Part shown: piece by piece, positions 1 through 10,705 of the stretch
How positions within the stretch are numbered: position 1 is the stretch's first letter
Layout of the letters: each line of letters starts with the position of its first letter
Source of the DNA: Lautropia mirabilis
GTDB taxonomy: Bacteria; Pseudomonadota; Gammaproteobacteria; Burkholderiales; Burkholderiaceae_B
DNA: 64,000 nucleotides
Assembly: GCA_945876565.1 (NCBI GenBank)
Contig: CAMCOS010000010.1
Coordinates: 1,244-65,243, forward strand
Direction: 5' to 3'
The notes under the pieces: generated by a model
The model's input: only the letters and a program-made list of their open reading frames with translations
Databases searched by the model: none
What the model was told of the DNA's origin: nothing
Made by a program: the position numbers and the translations under genes

Positions 1-1764
1 TTTCCGGTTGATGACAAAACAATTGATTATTTCCGGGGCACTGGCCGCACAAAATCCGAAATCGCTGCCTTTGAAGCTTACTTCAAGGCGCAAGGCATGT
101 TTGGTGTGCCGCATGGCAAAGACATCAATTACACCCGGCTGCTCAAGCTTGATCTTGGCACAGTCGCCCCCTCGCTTGCTGGCCCCAAGCGACCACAAGA
201 CCGAATCGAAATCGGGCATGTGGCGAACACCTTCGACACCCTGTTTTCCACGCCGATTGGGGACAATGGCTTTAACCAGCCGCCAGCCAAGCTAGAGAAA
301 GCTTTCACCACTTCAAAAGGCACCGAGCTTCACAATGGCGACGTCCTGATTGCCGCGATTACCTCTTGCACCAACACCTCCAACCCAAGCGTGATGCTGG
401 CTGCCGGACTCGTTGCCAAAAAAGCCGTTGAAGCAGGCTTGACTGTGCCATCTTACGTTAAGACGTCATTGGCACCTGGATCACGTGTGGTGACTGAGTA
501 TTTGAAGAAAGCCAAGTTGCTCCCTTACCTTGAGAAACTTGGCTTCAATGTCGCGGCCTATGGCTGCACCACCTGCATTGGCAACGCTGGCGACCTGACT
601 GCTGATATTAATGAAGCCATCATCGACAACGACCTCATCTGCTCGGCAGTGCTGTCTGGCAACCGGAACTTCGAGGCTCGCATTCACCCCAACATCAAGG
701 GGAACTTTTTGGCCTCGCCCCCGCTGGTGGTGGCCTATGCGCTGGCTGGGACGATGCGACGTGATTTGATGACCGAGCCAGTAGGCAAAGGCAAAAAGGG
801 CGATGTCTACATCGGCGATATCTGGCCAACCTCGGATGAGATCAATGCGCTGATGAAGTACGCGTTGGATGCCAGAGTGTTTCGCGGCAACTACGCCAAC
901 GTCAAGAAAAACCCAGGCAAGCTTTGGGAGCACATCTCTGGCGTCAAAGGTGAGCGCTACAACTGGCCCACCTCAACCTACATTGCGGAGCCACCATTTT
1001 TTGAGGGGTTCACCATGCACCCGACAGCTGTGCCCGTCGTCCACGGTGCCCGAGCACTTGGCGTATTTGGTGATTCGGTGACAACGGATCACATCTCACC
1101 CGCAGGCTCCATCAAAGAGACATCACCGGCTGGCCAATGGCTACTGGCCCACAACGTCAAAAAGCCTGACTTCAATAGCTACGGATCGCGGCGAGGCAAC
1201 CACGAGATCATGATGCGCGGCACATTTGCCAACGTGCGCATCAAAAACCTCATGATTGCGCCGCGCCCTGATGGCAGCCGCGTTGAGGGCGGTGAAACCT
1301 TGTTTCAGCCCTCTGGCCAGCAAATGTCAATTTATGATGCAGCCATGGCCTATCAAAAAGCCGACGTACCCACCGTGGTGTTCGGTGGCGAAGAGTACGG
1401 CACCGGATCCTCGCGTGACTGGGCGGCCAAGGGCACCATGTTGCTAGGGGTTAAAGCAGTGATTGCGCGCAGCTTTGAGCGCATTCACCGCAGCAACCTT
1501 GTTGGCATGGGGGTGTTACCGCTGCAGTTCAAGGGCAACGACAGCGTTCAGTCACTTGGTATCACCGGCAAAGAAACCTACGATATTGAGGGGATCGAGG
1601 CTGGCATCATGCCACAGCAAGATGTCACGCTCGTTATTCACCACGAAGACGGTAAGACCGAACGCGTTAATGTTCTACTGCGCATCGACACCCCTATTGA
1701 AGTGGACTACTACCTGCATGGCGGGATTCTGCCCTATGTGTTGAGGGAGTTGCTCGCGGCCTAG
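1..1764 (+). CDS. acnA: Aconitate hydratase A (5' part lies outside the window)
   Basis: Frame 1 is open from base 1 ([16 protein letters not shown]...). It carries the [4Fe-4S] motifs [11 protein letters not shown] and YGCTTCIGN, plus [21 protein letters not shown] and the swivel-domain [10 protein letters not shown]. Confidence 0.97.
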   Translation, partial: FPVDDKTIDYFRGTGRTKSEIAAFEAYFKAQGMFGVPHGKDINYTRLLKLDLGTVAPSLAGPKRPQDRIEIGHVANTFDTLFSTPIGDNGFNQPPAKLEKAFTTSKGTELHNGDVLIAAITSCTNTSNPSVMLAAGLVAKKAVEAGLTVPSYVKTSLAPGSRVVTEYLKKAKLLPYLEKLGFNVAAYGCTTCIGNAGDLTADINEAIIDNDLICSAVLSGNRNFEARIHPNIKGNFLASPPLVVAYALAGTMRRDLMTEPVGKGKKGDVYIGDIWPTSDEINALMKYALDARVFRGNYANVKKNPGKLWEHISGVKGERYNWPTSTYIAEPPFFEGFTMHPTAVPVVHGARALGVFGDSVTTDHISPAGSIKETSPAGQWLLAHNVKKPDFNSYGSRRGNHEIMMRGTFANVRIKNLMIAPRPDGSRVEGGETLFQPSGQQMSIYDAAMAYQKADVPTVVFGGEEYGTGSSRDWAAKGTMLLGVKAVIARSFERIHRSNLVGMGVLPLQFKGNDSVQSLGITGKETYDIEGIEAGIMPQQDVTLVIHHEDGKTERVNVLLRIDTPIEVDYYLHGGILPYVLRELLAA

Positions 1765-1799
1765 CTCACTTACCTACCACGCAGCCATCTTTGCATCCC

Positions 1800-1831
1800 G
1801 CAGACAACCCGACCCCTGTCGGGTTGTCTGC
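1800..1831 (+). terminator. Intrinsic terminator hairpin between convergent acnA and yeiH
   Basis: GCAGACAACCCGAC-CCCT-GTCGGGTTGTCTGC is a perfect 14-bp stem followed by TTT. Confidence 0.8.
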
Positions 1832-1867
1832 TTTCGGTCACTCATTGCATTTCACCAACGACGAAAT

Positions 1868-2902
1868 CTAGGCGACCCACTTGACCAACAGACCCGTGAG
1901 GCAAAACAAAACCACAAACAGCACAGCTGCCAAGGCCAAGACGCGTGGGCCTGCGGCTTTCAACTGAGCAAAACGCGTTTCAATGCCCAGTGCGGTCATG
2001 GCCATGGTCAATAGAAAAACATCGATGGCACGCAATGTTTCCAGTAGTGGCGCCGGCACAATGCCAGTTGAATTGATGACGGCGAAGATTAAAAACCAAA
2101 TCGCAAACCAGGGAATGGGTAAGCTTGCCTTGTTGTCAGCTAAGCTAGCGTCGCGACGCTGCAGCCACAGGCCGATGACAAGCAACAACGGCACGAGCAA
2201 GGCCACGCGGGTCATTTTTACAATCGTGGCCACTTCCGTGGTGGCCGGATCAATATTGCTGGCAGCAGCCACCACTTGGGCGACCTCATGAATGCTGCCA
2301 CCTAAAAAAATTCCCAGTGCCCTGCCCTCAAATGGCAACCAGCCTACCCCGGACAAAAGTGGGTACAGAAACATCGACATTGTGCCAAACAACACCACGG
2401 TGGCCACTGCCACGGCACTCTTGTGAGGCGCTGATCGCAAGGTTGACTCAAACGCCAGAACAGCTGCCGCACCGCAAATTGCACTACCCGCTGAGGTCAG
2501 CATGGCCGTGTCCCGGTCAAGTTTGAGCCAGCGGGTACCGAGCCATGTGCCAAGCGCCAAAACCCCAACCGCCACGCCAATCGAGACCACCATGCCCGCC
2601 ACACCCACTTCAACAATCTGCTGGATACTGACGTTCAAACCATAAAGCGCCACTGCGACCCGCAGCAAACGACGCGCCGCAAAGTCCACCCCGACACCCC
2701 ACTGAGCTGGCATGCTGCCCCTTAACAGGTTGCCATACAGCATCCCACACACAATGCCAAGTACCAGCGGACTGATGCTCAAGGCCCGGATAGGTGCAAG
2801 CTGTGCCAACTCGAATACAGCAAACGCCATGAGCGTGACAAACAACAGGCCGCTGCCACGGTCGCGCCACGTGGTCTCTGAAGTCGCTGCCGCTGTGTTC
2901 AA
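1868..2902 (-). CDS. yeiH: YeiH family (putative sulfate exporter, PSE) membrane protein
   Basis: Polytopic membrane protein with GSAICGAAAV, IHEVAQVVAA, KMTRVALL and AMTALG motifs; divergent from a LysR gene as in yeiH/yeiE. Confidence 0.9.
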   Translation of the reverse strand: MNTAAATSETTWRDRGSGLLFVTLMAFAVFELAQLAPIRALSISPLVLGIVCGMLYGNLLRGSMPAQWGVGVDFAARRLLRVAVALYGLNVSIQQIVEVGVAGMVVSIGVAVGVLALGTWLGTRWLKLDRDTAMLTSAGSAICGAAAVLAFESTLRSAPHKSAVAVATVVLFGTMSMFLYPLLSGVGWLPFEGRALGIFLGGSIHEVAQVVAAASNIDPATTEVATIVKMTRVALLVPLLLVIGLWLQRRDASLADNKASLPIPWFAIWFLIFAVINSTGIVPAPLLETLRAIDVFLLTMAMTALGIETRFAQLKAAGPRVLALAAVLFVVLFCLTGLLVKWVA

Positions 2903-2985
2903 ACCAGTTTTCCTGTCGTCAATTTTTGTATGGCAAGTCTAGTCAATCACAACACATTTGAAAATCTGTTATTTTCGATTGTAAA

Positions 2986-3002
2986 TATCAGTTTTTCTGA
3001 TA
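2986..3002. promoter_or_regulatory. LysR-type binding site
   Basis: TATCAG-TTTTT-CTGATA inverted repeat (ATC-N9-GAT, fits T-N11-A) in the divergent yeiH/LysR intergenic region. Confidence 0.6.
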
Positions 3003-3024
3003 ACTTGTCCGCTCATGCCTAAAT

Positions 3025-3063
3025 GCTTACACCGCTCGCTTACACCGCTCGCTTACACCGATC
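3025..3063 (+). repeat. 13-bp tandem repeat x3
   Basis: GCTTACACCGCTC GCTTACACCGCTC GCTTACACCGATC. Confidence 0.9.
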
Positions 3064-3083
3064 AACGTTTACCTGTTGTTCAA

Positions 3084-3959
3084 ATGACACCCGATCAGCT
3101 CATTACCTTCAGCATCGTTGCAGAACACGGCAACATTAGCCACGCAGCCCACGCCCTGCACCTGTCCCAACCGGCCGTCTCCGGTCAGCTGCAGGCACTT
3201 CAGCAATCATTTGGCGAAGCCCTGTACCGACGCCAAGGCAGAGGCATCGTGCTGACATCGGCTGGCAAACGGCTGCTCGCACCAGCCAATCGTCTGCGTG
3301 CTGCGATGGCCCAAGCCATGGACGAGCGCAAGGCAAACCAATCTCTAGCCTCTGGCACTTTGCGCATCGGTGCCAGCACCACGCCGGCGAGCTATCTGCT
3401 ACCAGAGATCGTGGCACGCTTTAAGCACACCTACCCCGGCATCGACATCCAAATGATTGCAGGAAACACCGCAGACATCATCGCCAAACGTTCAGAGCTA
3501 GACCTCGCCGTGCTCGAGGGCGAGTTAAGTCCAGACACCCTAAGCCAGTGCAATGTTGTGCCGTGGCAGACCGACGAGGTCGTGGCGATACTGCCGTCCA
3601 ATCACCCCATGGCCAAGCGTGACTCGATCGAGGTCAATGAACTGGCGGCGCAGCCACTGGTCATGCGCGAAGACGGCTCCGGGGTTCGAAACCTGGTGAT
3701 CAAGGCGTTTAATGACCAGGGCCTATCCATTAACGGCTACTTAGAGTTAGCCGGTGTCGAGGGTATCAAGCAAGCCGTTCGAGCGGGTTTGGGCGTGGGG
3801 TTCGTGTCACGGCTTTCACTGATCCACGAAGATGGGCATTTGGTCGGTATCCGAATAGGCCAGGGACTGACTCGCTCCATTCGCCTCGTTTTACCGAAAT
3901 TGGGCAAACCATCCAAAGTGACCCAGGCGTTTATGCAAGCAATCGATGGACCGCGTTAA
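3084..3959 (+). CDS. LysR family transcriptional regulator (YeiE/CysL-like)
   Basis: N-terminal HTH (NISHAAHALHLSQPAVSGQLQALQ), LRIGASTTPASYLLP and MREDGSGVR. Start placed at ATG 3084 (MTPDQL) rather than the ORF-track start 3015. Confidence 0.93.
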   Translation: MTPDQLITFSIVAEHGNISHAAHALHLSQPAVSGQLQALQQSFGEALYRRQGRGIVLTSAGKRLLAPANRLRAAMAQAMDERKANQSLASGTLRIGASTTPASYLLPEIVARFKHTYPGIDIQMIAGNTADIIAKRSELDLAVLEGELSPDTLSQCNVVPWQTDEVVAILPSNHPMAKRDSIEVNELAAQPLVMREDGSGVRNLVIKAFNDQGLSINGYLELAGVEGIKQAVRAGLGVGFVSRLSLIHEDGHLVGIRIGQGLTRSIRLVLPKLGKPSKVTQAFMQAIDGPR

Positions 3960-3990
3960 TATAGGTAGTTAACTCAAATAAAACTTTCCA

Positions 3991-5175
3991 ATGCCCAAAA
4001 AGCAACCACCGCCAGTATCGCCTCGCGCCACCAGTCAGCTTGTGACACTCGTGCGCGCGGCTGCAAGTTCGACCAGCCGTTTTGAGGACAGGTACTGGGA
4101 AGGGCGAATTGAGGGTCTGATCCATAAACACCTGGCGGCGAGTCAGGATGATGTGATCGAAGCCGCCTTAGATGAACTGGCTAGCGTCGACCCAGACCAA
4201 GCCGACGATTTGCTAGAACACGTTCAATCGGCTAGCCAAGCCCTGAACATTGAAGTCGAAGGCCAGCCATGGCAGGTGCTTCTGGTGACCAGCGCACTCG
4301 CTGTCTGGACCCGCTATCAGCTGCCACAGGGTGACCTCTCAGACAAAATGGTCGATTTTTTTACCGACGGCCTCAAACAACATGTGCTGGCGCCAGACGT
4401 GAAGGTAGAGGCCTTGCCCAAGTTGCTTGGTATCGATGAAATGCCACGCTCGTTTGGCGAGATCTATCAGTGGCTGCAGCGCCTAGCAAATCGAACACTG
4501 GGCAAACGCGCGGCACTGCCCTCAACGATCACGATTGAGCCGAACCCAGCTCTGCTGGTAGATACCCGACATTTGGTGTTAGCGGTTGCGGTGCGCCAAG
4601 GGGAACCTTTATTTCGATGGCAATCAGACCTTCATGCCACCCAAGAACGGTGCCTCGAGCAATGGACGCATTACGTCACGCCAGCCCTAAGCCAGTTGTT
4701 GCCAGGATGCCAGTTCCACGCGCTACTACCCCAGTCCTATCACGCCAGCATTGAGCTATCGGAACAACACGTGCGCATTGTTGCCATCCATTCAGCCAGT
4801 CAATGGTTAAACAGCGCCTTAAACCTTAAACCGGGTGAGTTGCGAGCGACCATTGCGGCGGTGGGCGAGCGCGATGCACAGGAATATCGGATTGGCTTTC
4901 ATCGGGGTCGTCAGCAAGATGTGATTTACGGGACCATTTGGCCCGTGTTCGATCAATACGGTAGCGGTACTGGCGAGACGATCATTGACACCGTTGACGA
5001 AATTGCTGCGGTTTTAAAAGATAGTGGCGTCAATCACATTAAACGAATCCCAGGTATTTTGTTGCCAGAGTCGTGCGAGGACTGCAGTGCGCCGCTGTTT
5101 CCAAATCCCGCTGGCGAACTGGTACACGTCGAGTTGCCTGAAGAAGCGTTTGACGCGCCACAACATTTCCATTGA
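3991..5175 (+). CDS. DUF2863 family protein
   Basis: EDRYWE near the N-terminus, C-terminal CEDCSAPLFPNPAGELVH, and position immediately upstream of earP as recalled for Burkholderiales. Confidence 0.75.
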   Translation: MPKKQPPPVSPRATSQLVTLVRAAASSTSRFEDRYWEGRIEGLIHKHLAASQDDVIEAALDELASVDPDQADDLLEHVQSASQALNIEVEGQPWQVLLVTSALAVWTRYQLPQGDLSDKMVDFFTDGLKQHVLAPDVKVEALPKLLGIDEMPRSFGEIYQWLQRLANRTLGKRAALPSTITIEPNPALLVDTRHLVLAVAVRQGEPLFRWQSDLHATQERCLEQWTHYVTPALSQLLPGCQFHALLPQSYHASIELSEQHVRIVAIHSASQWLNSALNLKPGELRATIAAVGERDAQEYRIGFHRGRQQDVIYGTIWPVFDQYGSGTGETIIDTVDEIAAVLKDSGVNHIKRIPGILLPESCEDCSAPLFPNPAGELVHVELPEEAFDAPQHFH

Positions 5176-6284
5176 ACGCCAGCCTGCACCACCAGCCGGA
5201 TTTATCGGCCGATTTGTTTTGTCAAGTCGTCGACAACCTAGGCGACATTGGCGTGATGTGGCGTCTGGCGCGCCAACTGACGCAAGAGAAAGGATGGCAG
5301 ATCCGGCTCTGGGTCGACAAGCTCGCGCAGTTCAAGCGAATCGAGCCCGCCATTGACGCCCACCTGCCTAGACAAACCTGCCAAGCAATCGAGGTGTGTC
5401 AATGGCTTGATGCTTGGGTGCCAGTCACACCGCACCCGATCGTTATTGCCGGGTTCTCGTGTGCACTGCCAGACGAGTACGTCAAACAGCTGGCTGGTCA
5501 CCCGGGTTCAATTTGGTTGCAGCTGGAGTACTTGAGCGCTGAAGACTGGGTCGACTCGTTTCATGGCCTTCACTCTCAGCGAAACGATACGCTCAAACCA
5601 TTGTTCTTTTTCCCGGGCTTTACCGAGCGCACTGGTGGACTCATGCGCGAACAGGGTTTACTTGAACAACGAAACCAATGGCAAATGAGCCAACAGCCTG
5701 GACCTTGGCTATCTTCATTGGGGGTCAACCTCACCGAACCCGCGAGGTTAGTGTCGGTTTTCACGTACTCCCATGCGCCACTGCACCTGCTCATCCATCA
5801 ATTAAGACAAACGGGTGAGCGTTTTCATTTGCTCATGCCTTCCGGTCAGTCCATGCCGATTTGTCCAGAAGGCGAGCAAGTCACCTGGCAGGCGATTGAG
5901 TTTCTAAACCAGCCTGACTATGACAAATTGCTCTGGTCGTGTGATTTGAATCTGGTGCGTGGCGAAGACTCCTTCATGCGTGCCATCTGGGCAGGCAAAC
6001 CCCTGTTCTGGCAGATCTATCCGCAAACAGATGGCGCGCATCATGCCAAACTTGATGCTTGGCTGCGACTGTCGTGCCCGCCTTCACCCGTTGCTAGCGC
6101 CATGCGCGAGTGGGCTGATGGCAAGCTCAACACTGACCTAACCCACTATCTCACGGGCACTGGCTGGGAAAGCTGGCAACAGACGAGCGCCGCATGGTGT
6201 CACGAACTAGCCCAGCAAAGTGACCTCGCCACTCGCCTAGACACCGCGGTGTGTAATCAAATTGGCCCATCAGATCGGTTATGA
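5172..6284 (+). CDS. earP: EF-P arginine-32 rhamnosyltransferase
   Basis: [44 protein letters not shown] and NLVRGEDSF motifs; directly upstream of efp. Confidence 0.95.
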   Translation: MNASLHHQPDLSADLFCQVVDNLGDIGVMWRLARQLTQEKGWQIRLWVDKLAQFKRIEPAIDAHLPRQTCQAIEVCQWLDAWVPVTPHPIVIAGFSCALPDEYVKQLAGHPGSIWLQLEYLSAEDWVDSFHGLHSQRNDTLKPLFFFPGFTERTGGLMREQGLLEQRNQWQMSQQPGPWLSSLGVNLTEPARLVSVFTYSHAPLHLLIHQLRQTGERFHLLMPSGQSMPICPEGEQVTWQAIEFLNQPDYDKLLWSCDLNLVRGEDSFMRAIWAGKPLFWQIYPQTDGAHHAKLDAWLRLSCPPSPVASAMREWADGKLNTDLTHYLTGTGWESWQQTSAAWCHELAQQSDLATRLDTAVCNQIGPSDRL

Positions 6285-6351
6285 TCTTGGGTTTACTATC
6301 CCATTGCGCCGCGGCAACGCTTTCGGCGCACCCAAGACGGAGCAATTAGTC

Positions 6352-6912
6352 ATGAAAACAGCGCAGGAACTGCGTGTCGGCAACGTGGTCGTCGTTGACG
6401 GCCAAGCCCAAGTGGTGCAACGCGCCGAGTACAACAAATCGGGCCGCAACGCCGCTGTGGTCAAGTTAAAGTTCAAGAACCTCCTGACAGCCTCAGGCAG
6501 CGAATCGGTCTACAAAGCCGATGAGAAGTTTGACGTGGTCGTGTTAGACCGCAAAGAATGCACCTACTCCTATTTTGCGGATCCGATGTATGTATTCATG
6601 GACACTGAGTACAACCAGTACGAAGTGGAAGCGGACAGCATGGGCGACGCCCTGAATTACCTCGAAGAGGGCATGGCTGTTGAAGTGGTTTTTTATGATG
6701 GTCGGGCGATCTCTGTTGATATGCCAACGTCGGTGGTGCGCGAGATCATCTATACCGAACCCGCCGTGCGGGGCGACACTTCTGGCAAAGTCATGAAGCC
6801 AGCCAAAATCAATACAGGATTCGAATTGCCCGTGCCACTATTTTGCGACATCGGTGACAAGATTGAAATTGACACGCGTACAGGCGAGTATCGCAGCCGT
6901 GTCATGTCCTAA
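6352..6912 (+). CDS. efp: Elongation factor P (Arg32 type)
   Basis: [11 protein letters not shown]...KSGRNAAVV with Arg at position 32 counted from ATG 6352; PAVRGDT and DTRTGEY motifs. Confidence 0.98.
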   Translation: MKTAQELRVGNVVVVDGQAQVVQRAEYNKSGRNAAVVKLKFKNLLTASGSESVYKADEKFDVVVLDRKECTYSYFADPMYVFMDTEYNQYEVEADSMGDALNYLEEGMAVEVVFYDGRAISVDMPTSVVREIIYTEPAVRGDTSGKVMKPAKINTGFELPVPLFCDIGDKIEIDTRTGEYRSRVMS

Positions 6913-6926
6913 GTTGGAACACAGTC

Positions 6927-6967
6927 CCCAATAACAAAGCCGCGTCATACGCGGCTTTGTTATTGGG
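6927..6967. terminator. Bidirectional terminator between efp and DUF1178
   Basis: CCCAATAACAAAGCCGCG-TCATA-CGCGGCTTTGTTATTGGG, an 18-bp stem between convergent genes. Confidence 0.85.
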
Positions 6968-6977
6968 TAGCTACAAA

Positions 6978-7460
6978 TTACTGCAAACGATCATTGGCCA
7001 AGATCTCGGGCACCATCATCACCGAGATGCCATCCTCGGCAAGCTCTTGGCGTTCCTCTTGGGTTGCGGTGCCTCGAATCGAACGCGGTTGGGCTTCGCC
7101 CTCGTGAATCGCTCGAGCCTCTCGCGCAAAAGTGGGTCCAACATTTTCCGCACTGTTAATCACTTGACGCATCTGCGCCAAAACCTGCGCCTGAAGCCTT
7201 AGAAGCTCTGGTGAAGTGGCCACGGGCGCGGGTACTGAACCTGACGCTGAGCCGGTGGTCCGGCTTTCCTCAATGGGCGCAAGCGTCCGTGAGGAATTGA
7301 TACGCGGCGCAGAAGGCATCTTGTGAACGTCAGGACTGTGACACATCGGGCACGTGACTAGCCCTCGTGCGTGCTGCGCGTTGTAATCCTCGTGAGAGCC
7401 GAACCACCCTTCAAACAGATGACCCGCATCACATTGCAAGTTAAATACTTTTAGCGACAT
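6978..7460 (-). CDS. DUF1178 family protein
   Basis: FNLQCDAGHLFEGWFGS...CPMC zinc-ribbon-like N-terminus; ENVGPTFAREARAIHEGE and RSIRG C-terminus. Confidence 0.88.
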   Translation of the reverse strand: MSLKVFNLQCDAGHLFEGWFGSHEDYNAQHARGLVTCPMCHSPDVHKMPSAPRINSSRTLAPIEESRTTGSASGSVPAPVATSPELLRLQAQVLAQMRQVINSAENVGPTFAREARAIHEGEAQPRSIRGTATQEERQELAEDGISVMMVPEILANDRLQ

Positions 7461-7490
7461 AACACCCAGATGGGGACAAACCCAATCATT

Positions 7491-9215
7491 TCAAGCCTCT
7501 AGTATACCGGGCTCGCGCTCTGGGCGCCTCGGATCAACCGTGCCGAATGACAAGCGTGGCACTGCATTGAGCAAACGCTCGGTAACAGCATGCTGTGGAT
7601 GATGCAGCACAGCCTCTGCTGAACCCACCTCCACTAGCTCGCCGGCATCCATAATCGCAATGTCATTTGCGAAATACTCAACCACACCAAAGTTGTGCGT
7701 AATAAACAGATAAGCCATGCCCGACTCACGTTGCAAATCAGTGAGCAAATCAAGGATTTGGGCTTGAACCGAGACATCAAGTGCAGACGTGGGCTCATCC
7801 AAGATCAGCACTTTAGGCTCCACAGCCAACGCCCGGGCAATCGCGATGCGTTGCCGTTGGCCACCAGAGAACTCGTGCGGATAACGGATCGCGGCATCGG
7901 TGGGAAGCCCTACCCGATCGAGCAGATGCACCACCCGCGTTTGCCGGTCCACCGCAGACACGTCAGGCAGCAAAGCCGCCACGCCTTCTTCTAAGATCTC
8001 ACCAACCCGCATGCGCGGATCAAGCGAGGCAAACGGGTCCTGAAACACAATCTGAATCTGAGTGCGCAGGCGCCTTAAGTCTGCGCCCTTGGCAGCAAGC
8101 AGATCTTGACCGCCGACACGAACCTCGCCACTAAAAATCGCCGTACCATCCAAAAGCCTGAGCAATGTTTTAGCGACCGTGGTTTTGCCACAGCCTGACC
8201 CACCCAAAAGCGCGAGGGTCTGGCCTGCGCACAACTCGAATCCAACACCATCGACAACCTGGGTCACGCCCACTAGGCGTCGCAACCAGCCCCGTCGAAT
8301 CGGATAACCTACCTTCAGATTCTTCACGAGCAAAACGGGCTCTGCGTTGCGCTCAACCACCGGAGCTTGACTCTCCAGTCTTTGCTGGCCCATGGCCGAC
8401 AACGGTCTGCCGCGCTTGGCAAAGGTGGGGATCGCATCAAACAACTCTCTGGCGTAAGGGTGTTTGGGTGACTTAAAGAACTCGTTGGCAGGGGCTGTCT
8501 CCACGATCTTGCCGTGACGCATCAGCGCCACCGTGTCAGCCACCTGATACACAATGGCCAGATCATGGGTGATCATGAGCACTGCCATCCCAAGCTCTCT
8601 CTGGATATCAGCCAAAAGATCAAGGATCTGCGCCTGCACGGTCACATCAAGCGCGGTGGTTGGCTCATCAGCAACCAACAAGTCCGGTTCAGCCGCTAAC
8701 GCCATGGCAATCATAATTCGCTGCTTTTGCCCGCCGGAGAACTGGAAAGCATAATGATCGATGCGCAATTCCGGTTCTGGGATGCCCACACGTTTTAACC
8801 AGTGAATCGCTTTGTCGCGCGCCTGTTGGCCTCTGAGCTGCGTGTGCGATTCAATCGTTTCGAGCAACTGCTCACTCACGCGCATGACTGGGTTCAAGCT
8901 TGTACCCGGCTCCTGAAAAATCATGGCGATTCGACCGCCACGCACGCGCTGCATCGCAAGCTCAGTCAGGGCATTGATGTTCTGTCCTTCGAGCAACACT
9001 TCGCCCTGCACGACTTGCAAGGCCTCAGGCAAGAGCCGCATCAAAGCCAGTGCGGTCATGCTTTTACCGGAACCTGACTCACCCACCAGCGCAAATGTCT
9101 CACCGCGATGCACACTGATGGCCAGCTGCTGCACCGCAAACTTCAAATCCTTATCGTGATCAATCGCAATGGAAAGATCAGTCACTGAGAGCACCAAGTC
9201 TTTATCAACAGCCAT
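7491..9215 (-). CDS. Peptide/nickel-type ABC transporter ATP-binding protein (two fused NBDs)
   Basis: Walker A motifs GESGSGKS and GGSGCGKT, two FSGGQ signatures, DEPTTALD and DEPTSALD. Confidence 0.95.
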   Translation of the reverse strand: MAVDKDLVLSVTDLSIAIDHDKDLKFAVQQLAISVHRGETFALVGESGSGKSMTALALMRLLPEALQVVQGEVLLEGQNINALTELAMQRVRGGRIAMIFQEPGTSLNPVMRVSEQLLETIESHTQLRGQQARDKAIHWLKRVGIPEPELRIDHYAFQFSGGQKQRIMIAMALAAEPDLLVADEPTTALDVTVQAQILDLLADIQRELGMAVLMITHDLAIVYQVADTVALMRHGKIVETAPANEFFKSPKHPYARELFDAIPTFAKRGRPLSAMGQQRLESQAPVVERNAEPVLLVKNLKVGYPIRRGWLRRLVGVTQVVDGVGFELCAGQTLALLGGSGCGKTTVAKTLLRLLDGTAIFSGEVRVGGQDLLAAKGADLRRLRTQIQIVFQDPFASLDPRMRVGEILEEGVAALLPDVSAVDRQTRVVHLLDRVGLPTDAAIRYPHEFSGGQRQRIAIARALAVEPKVLILDEPTSALDVSVQAQILDLLTDLQRESGMAYLFITHNFGVVEYFANDIAIMDAGELVEVGSAEAVLHHPQHAVTERLLNAVPRLSFGTVDPRRPEREPGILEA

Positions 9216-10705
9216 CAGGTGCTCCCTTTTTTGAGCATGGCCAGCAGGCGGCTGCGACGAGCGGGTCGGAAGTTTTGGCTACGCGGATCAAAGGCATCGC
9301 GCACACCATCTGCAAATAGATTGGCAGACAACACCAAAGCCAACATAAACACAAAAGCAGCCAGTAGGTTCCACCAGATCATTGGGTCACGCGACATCTC
9401 TAGACGAGACTTATCAATCATCGTACCAAAGGAGTTCATGGTGGGATCCACACCGATACCCAAGTAAGACAGCACCGCCTCATACAGAACGAGCGCTGAG
9501 AACTCCAGCACCACCGTAATCAGAACAATATGCATCACGTTGGGCAACAGGTGGCGCAACATCACGGTGAAGTGCGAAATACCAAACGCACGCGCAGCCT
9601 GCACGTATTCAAGTTCACGCAGTTTCAATGCCTCAGCACGCAACAACCGGCACAAGCCAGCCCAGCCAGTCAAGCCCAAAATCATGCACAATAAAAACAG
9701 TCGAAGATCAGCGCGCTGGGCAGCCGTCGGAAACAGATCAGGGTGCGTATCAATATAGACTTGCATCATGAGCACAGCTGCGGCAATCAACAAGACGCCT
9801 GGAATGGCGGTCAAGGTTGTGTAAATGTACTGAATCACATCATCCACCCAGCCTTTGAAATAGCCAGCCGAGATGCCAAAGAACAGTGCTGGAGGCAACA
9901 TCGCCACGGTTGTCAGCGTGCCAATGACCCAGGCCGTGCGCACACTCTTTAAGGCCTGCCAGAGCACGTCATTGCCGGTCTGATCCGTGCCCATGACGTG
10001 ATACCCAGTCGCCAGCCCAAACACCACGCCCAGAACCATGCACATGATCAAGGCTGTCACCAACATCGCTCGCCAAGGCACGTCACTTTGTCCACGCCAG
10101 ATTTCACCAGCCACACTGGACCAACTGCCAACTGGTGATGCGTGATGACGGCGCGATCTGGCAATGCCAGAAATAACAATACCAATCAAGACAAGCGCAA
10201 CCGCCAAACCACCCACTAGGCCTAAGCCGGCACGTTGACTCACATCCGCTAGCCACTGTGCTTCAGGATTGTCAAGATGACTGCCACCAAAGCGCAGGCG
10301 TGGAAAGTCTCGATAAGGTTCACCACCCTCTTGCAAGATGGTTTCCTTGGTGAACTGCCGATAAGCCAGGGGTGCAGAGTAAGTCTTCTCTTGATGGGTC
10401 AGCGCTGTGTCGTCTAGCAAGGTATCGAGCAACGACAGCACTTGGGGGGAGTAGACCACGGGCGCATCGGGTGGCGCATCGGGCGCCTGGGGCAATCGCG
10501 GCTGAAAGTGCACCGAATCCAGTAGCCCCACCACCACAAAAAACATCAACACGACAGCCGAACTCATGGCCGGCGCGCTTCTGGCAACGCGTGCCCACGT
10601 TGCGCGCGCTGTCGCTAAACGGCTCACCCGCCAGGCATAAACAATAACCGCAGCCACCATCAGAAACAGCGCAACGTCAGTCCACAAGAACACGAAGTTT
10701 GGCAT
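9215..10705 (-). CDS. Peptide-type ABC transporter permease (DppC-like)
   Basis: MGTDQTGNDV, EAA loop (EYVQAARAFG) and HLLPN; overlaps both neighbours by one base. Confidence 0.93.
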   Translation of the reverse strand: MPNFVFLWTDVALFLMVAAVIVYAWRVSRLATARATWARVARSAPAMSSAVVLMFFVVVGLLDSVHFQPRLPQAPDAPPDAPVVYSPQVLSLLDTLLDDTALTHQEKTYSAPLAYRQFTKETILQEGGEPYRDFPRLRFGGSHLDNPEAQWLADVSQRAGLGLVGGLAVALVLIGIVISGIARSRRHHASPVGSWSSVAGEIWRGQSDVPWRAMLVTALIMCMVLGVVFGLATGYHVMGTDQTGNDVLWQALKSVRTAWVIGTLTTVAMLPPALFFGISAGYFKGWVDDVIQYIYTTLTAIPGVLLIAAAVLMMQVYIDTHPDLFPTAAQRADLRLFLLCMILGLTGWAGLCRLLRAEALKLRELEYVQAARAFGISHFTVMLRHLLPNVMHIVLITVVLEFSALVLYEAVLSYLGIGVDPTMNSFGTMIDKSRLEMSRDPMIWWNLLAAFVFMLALVLSANLFADGVRDAFDPRSQNFRPARRSRLLAMLKKGST

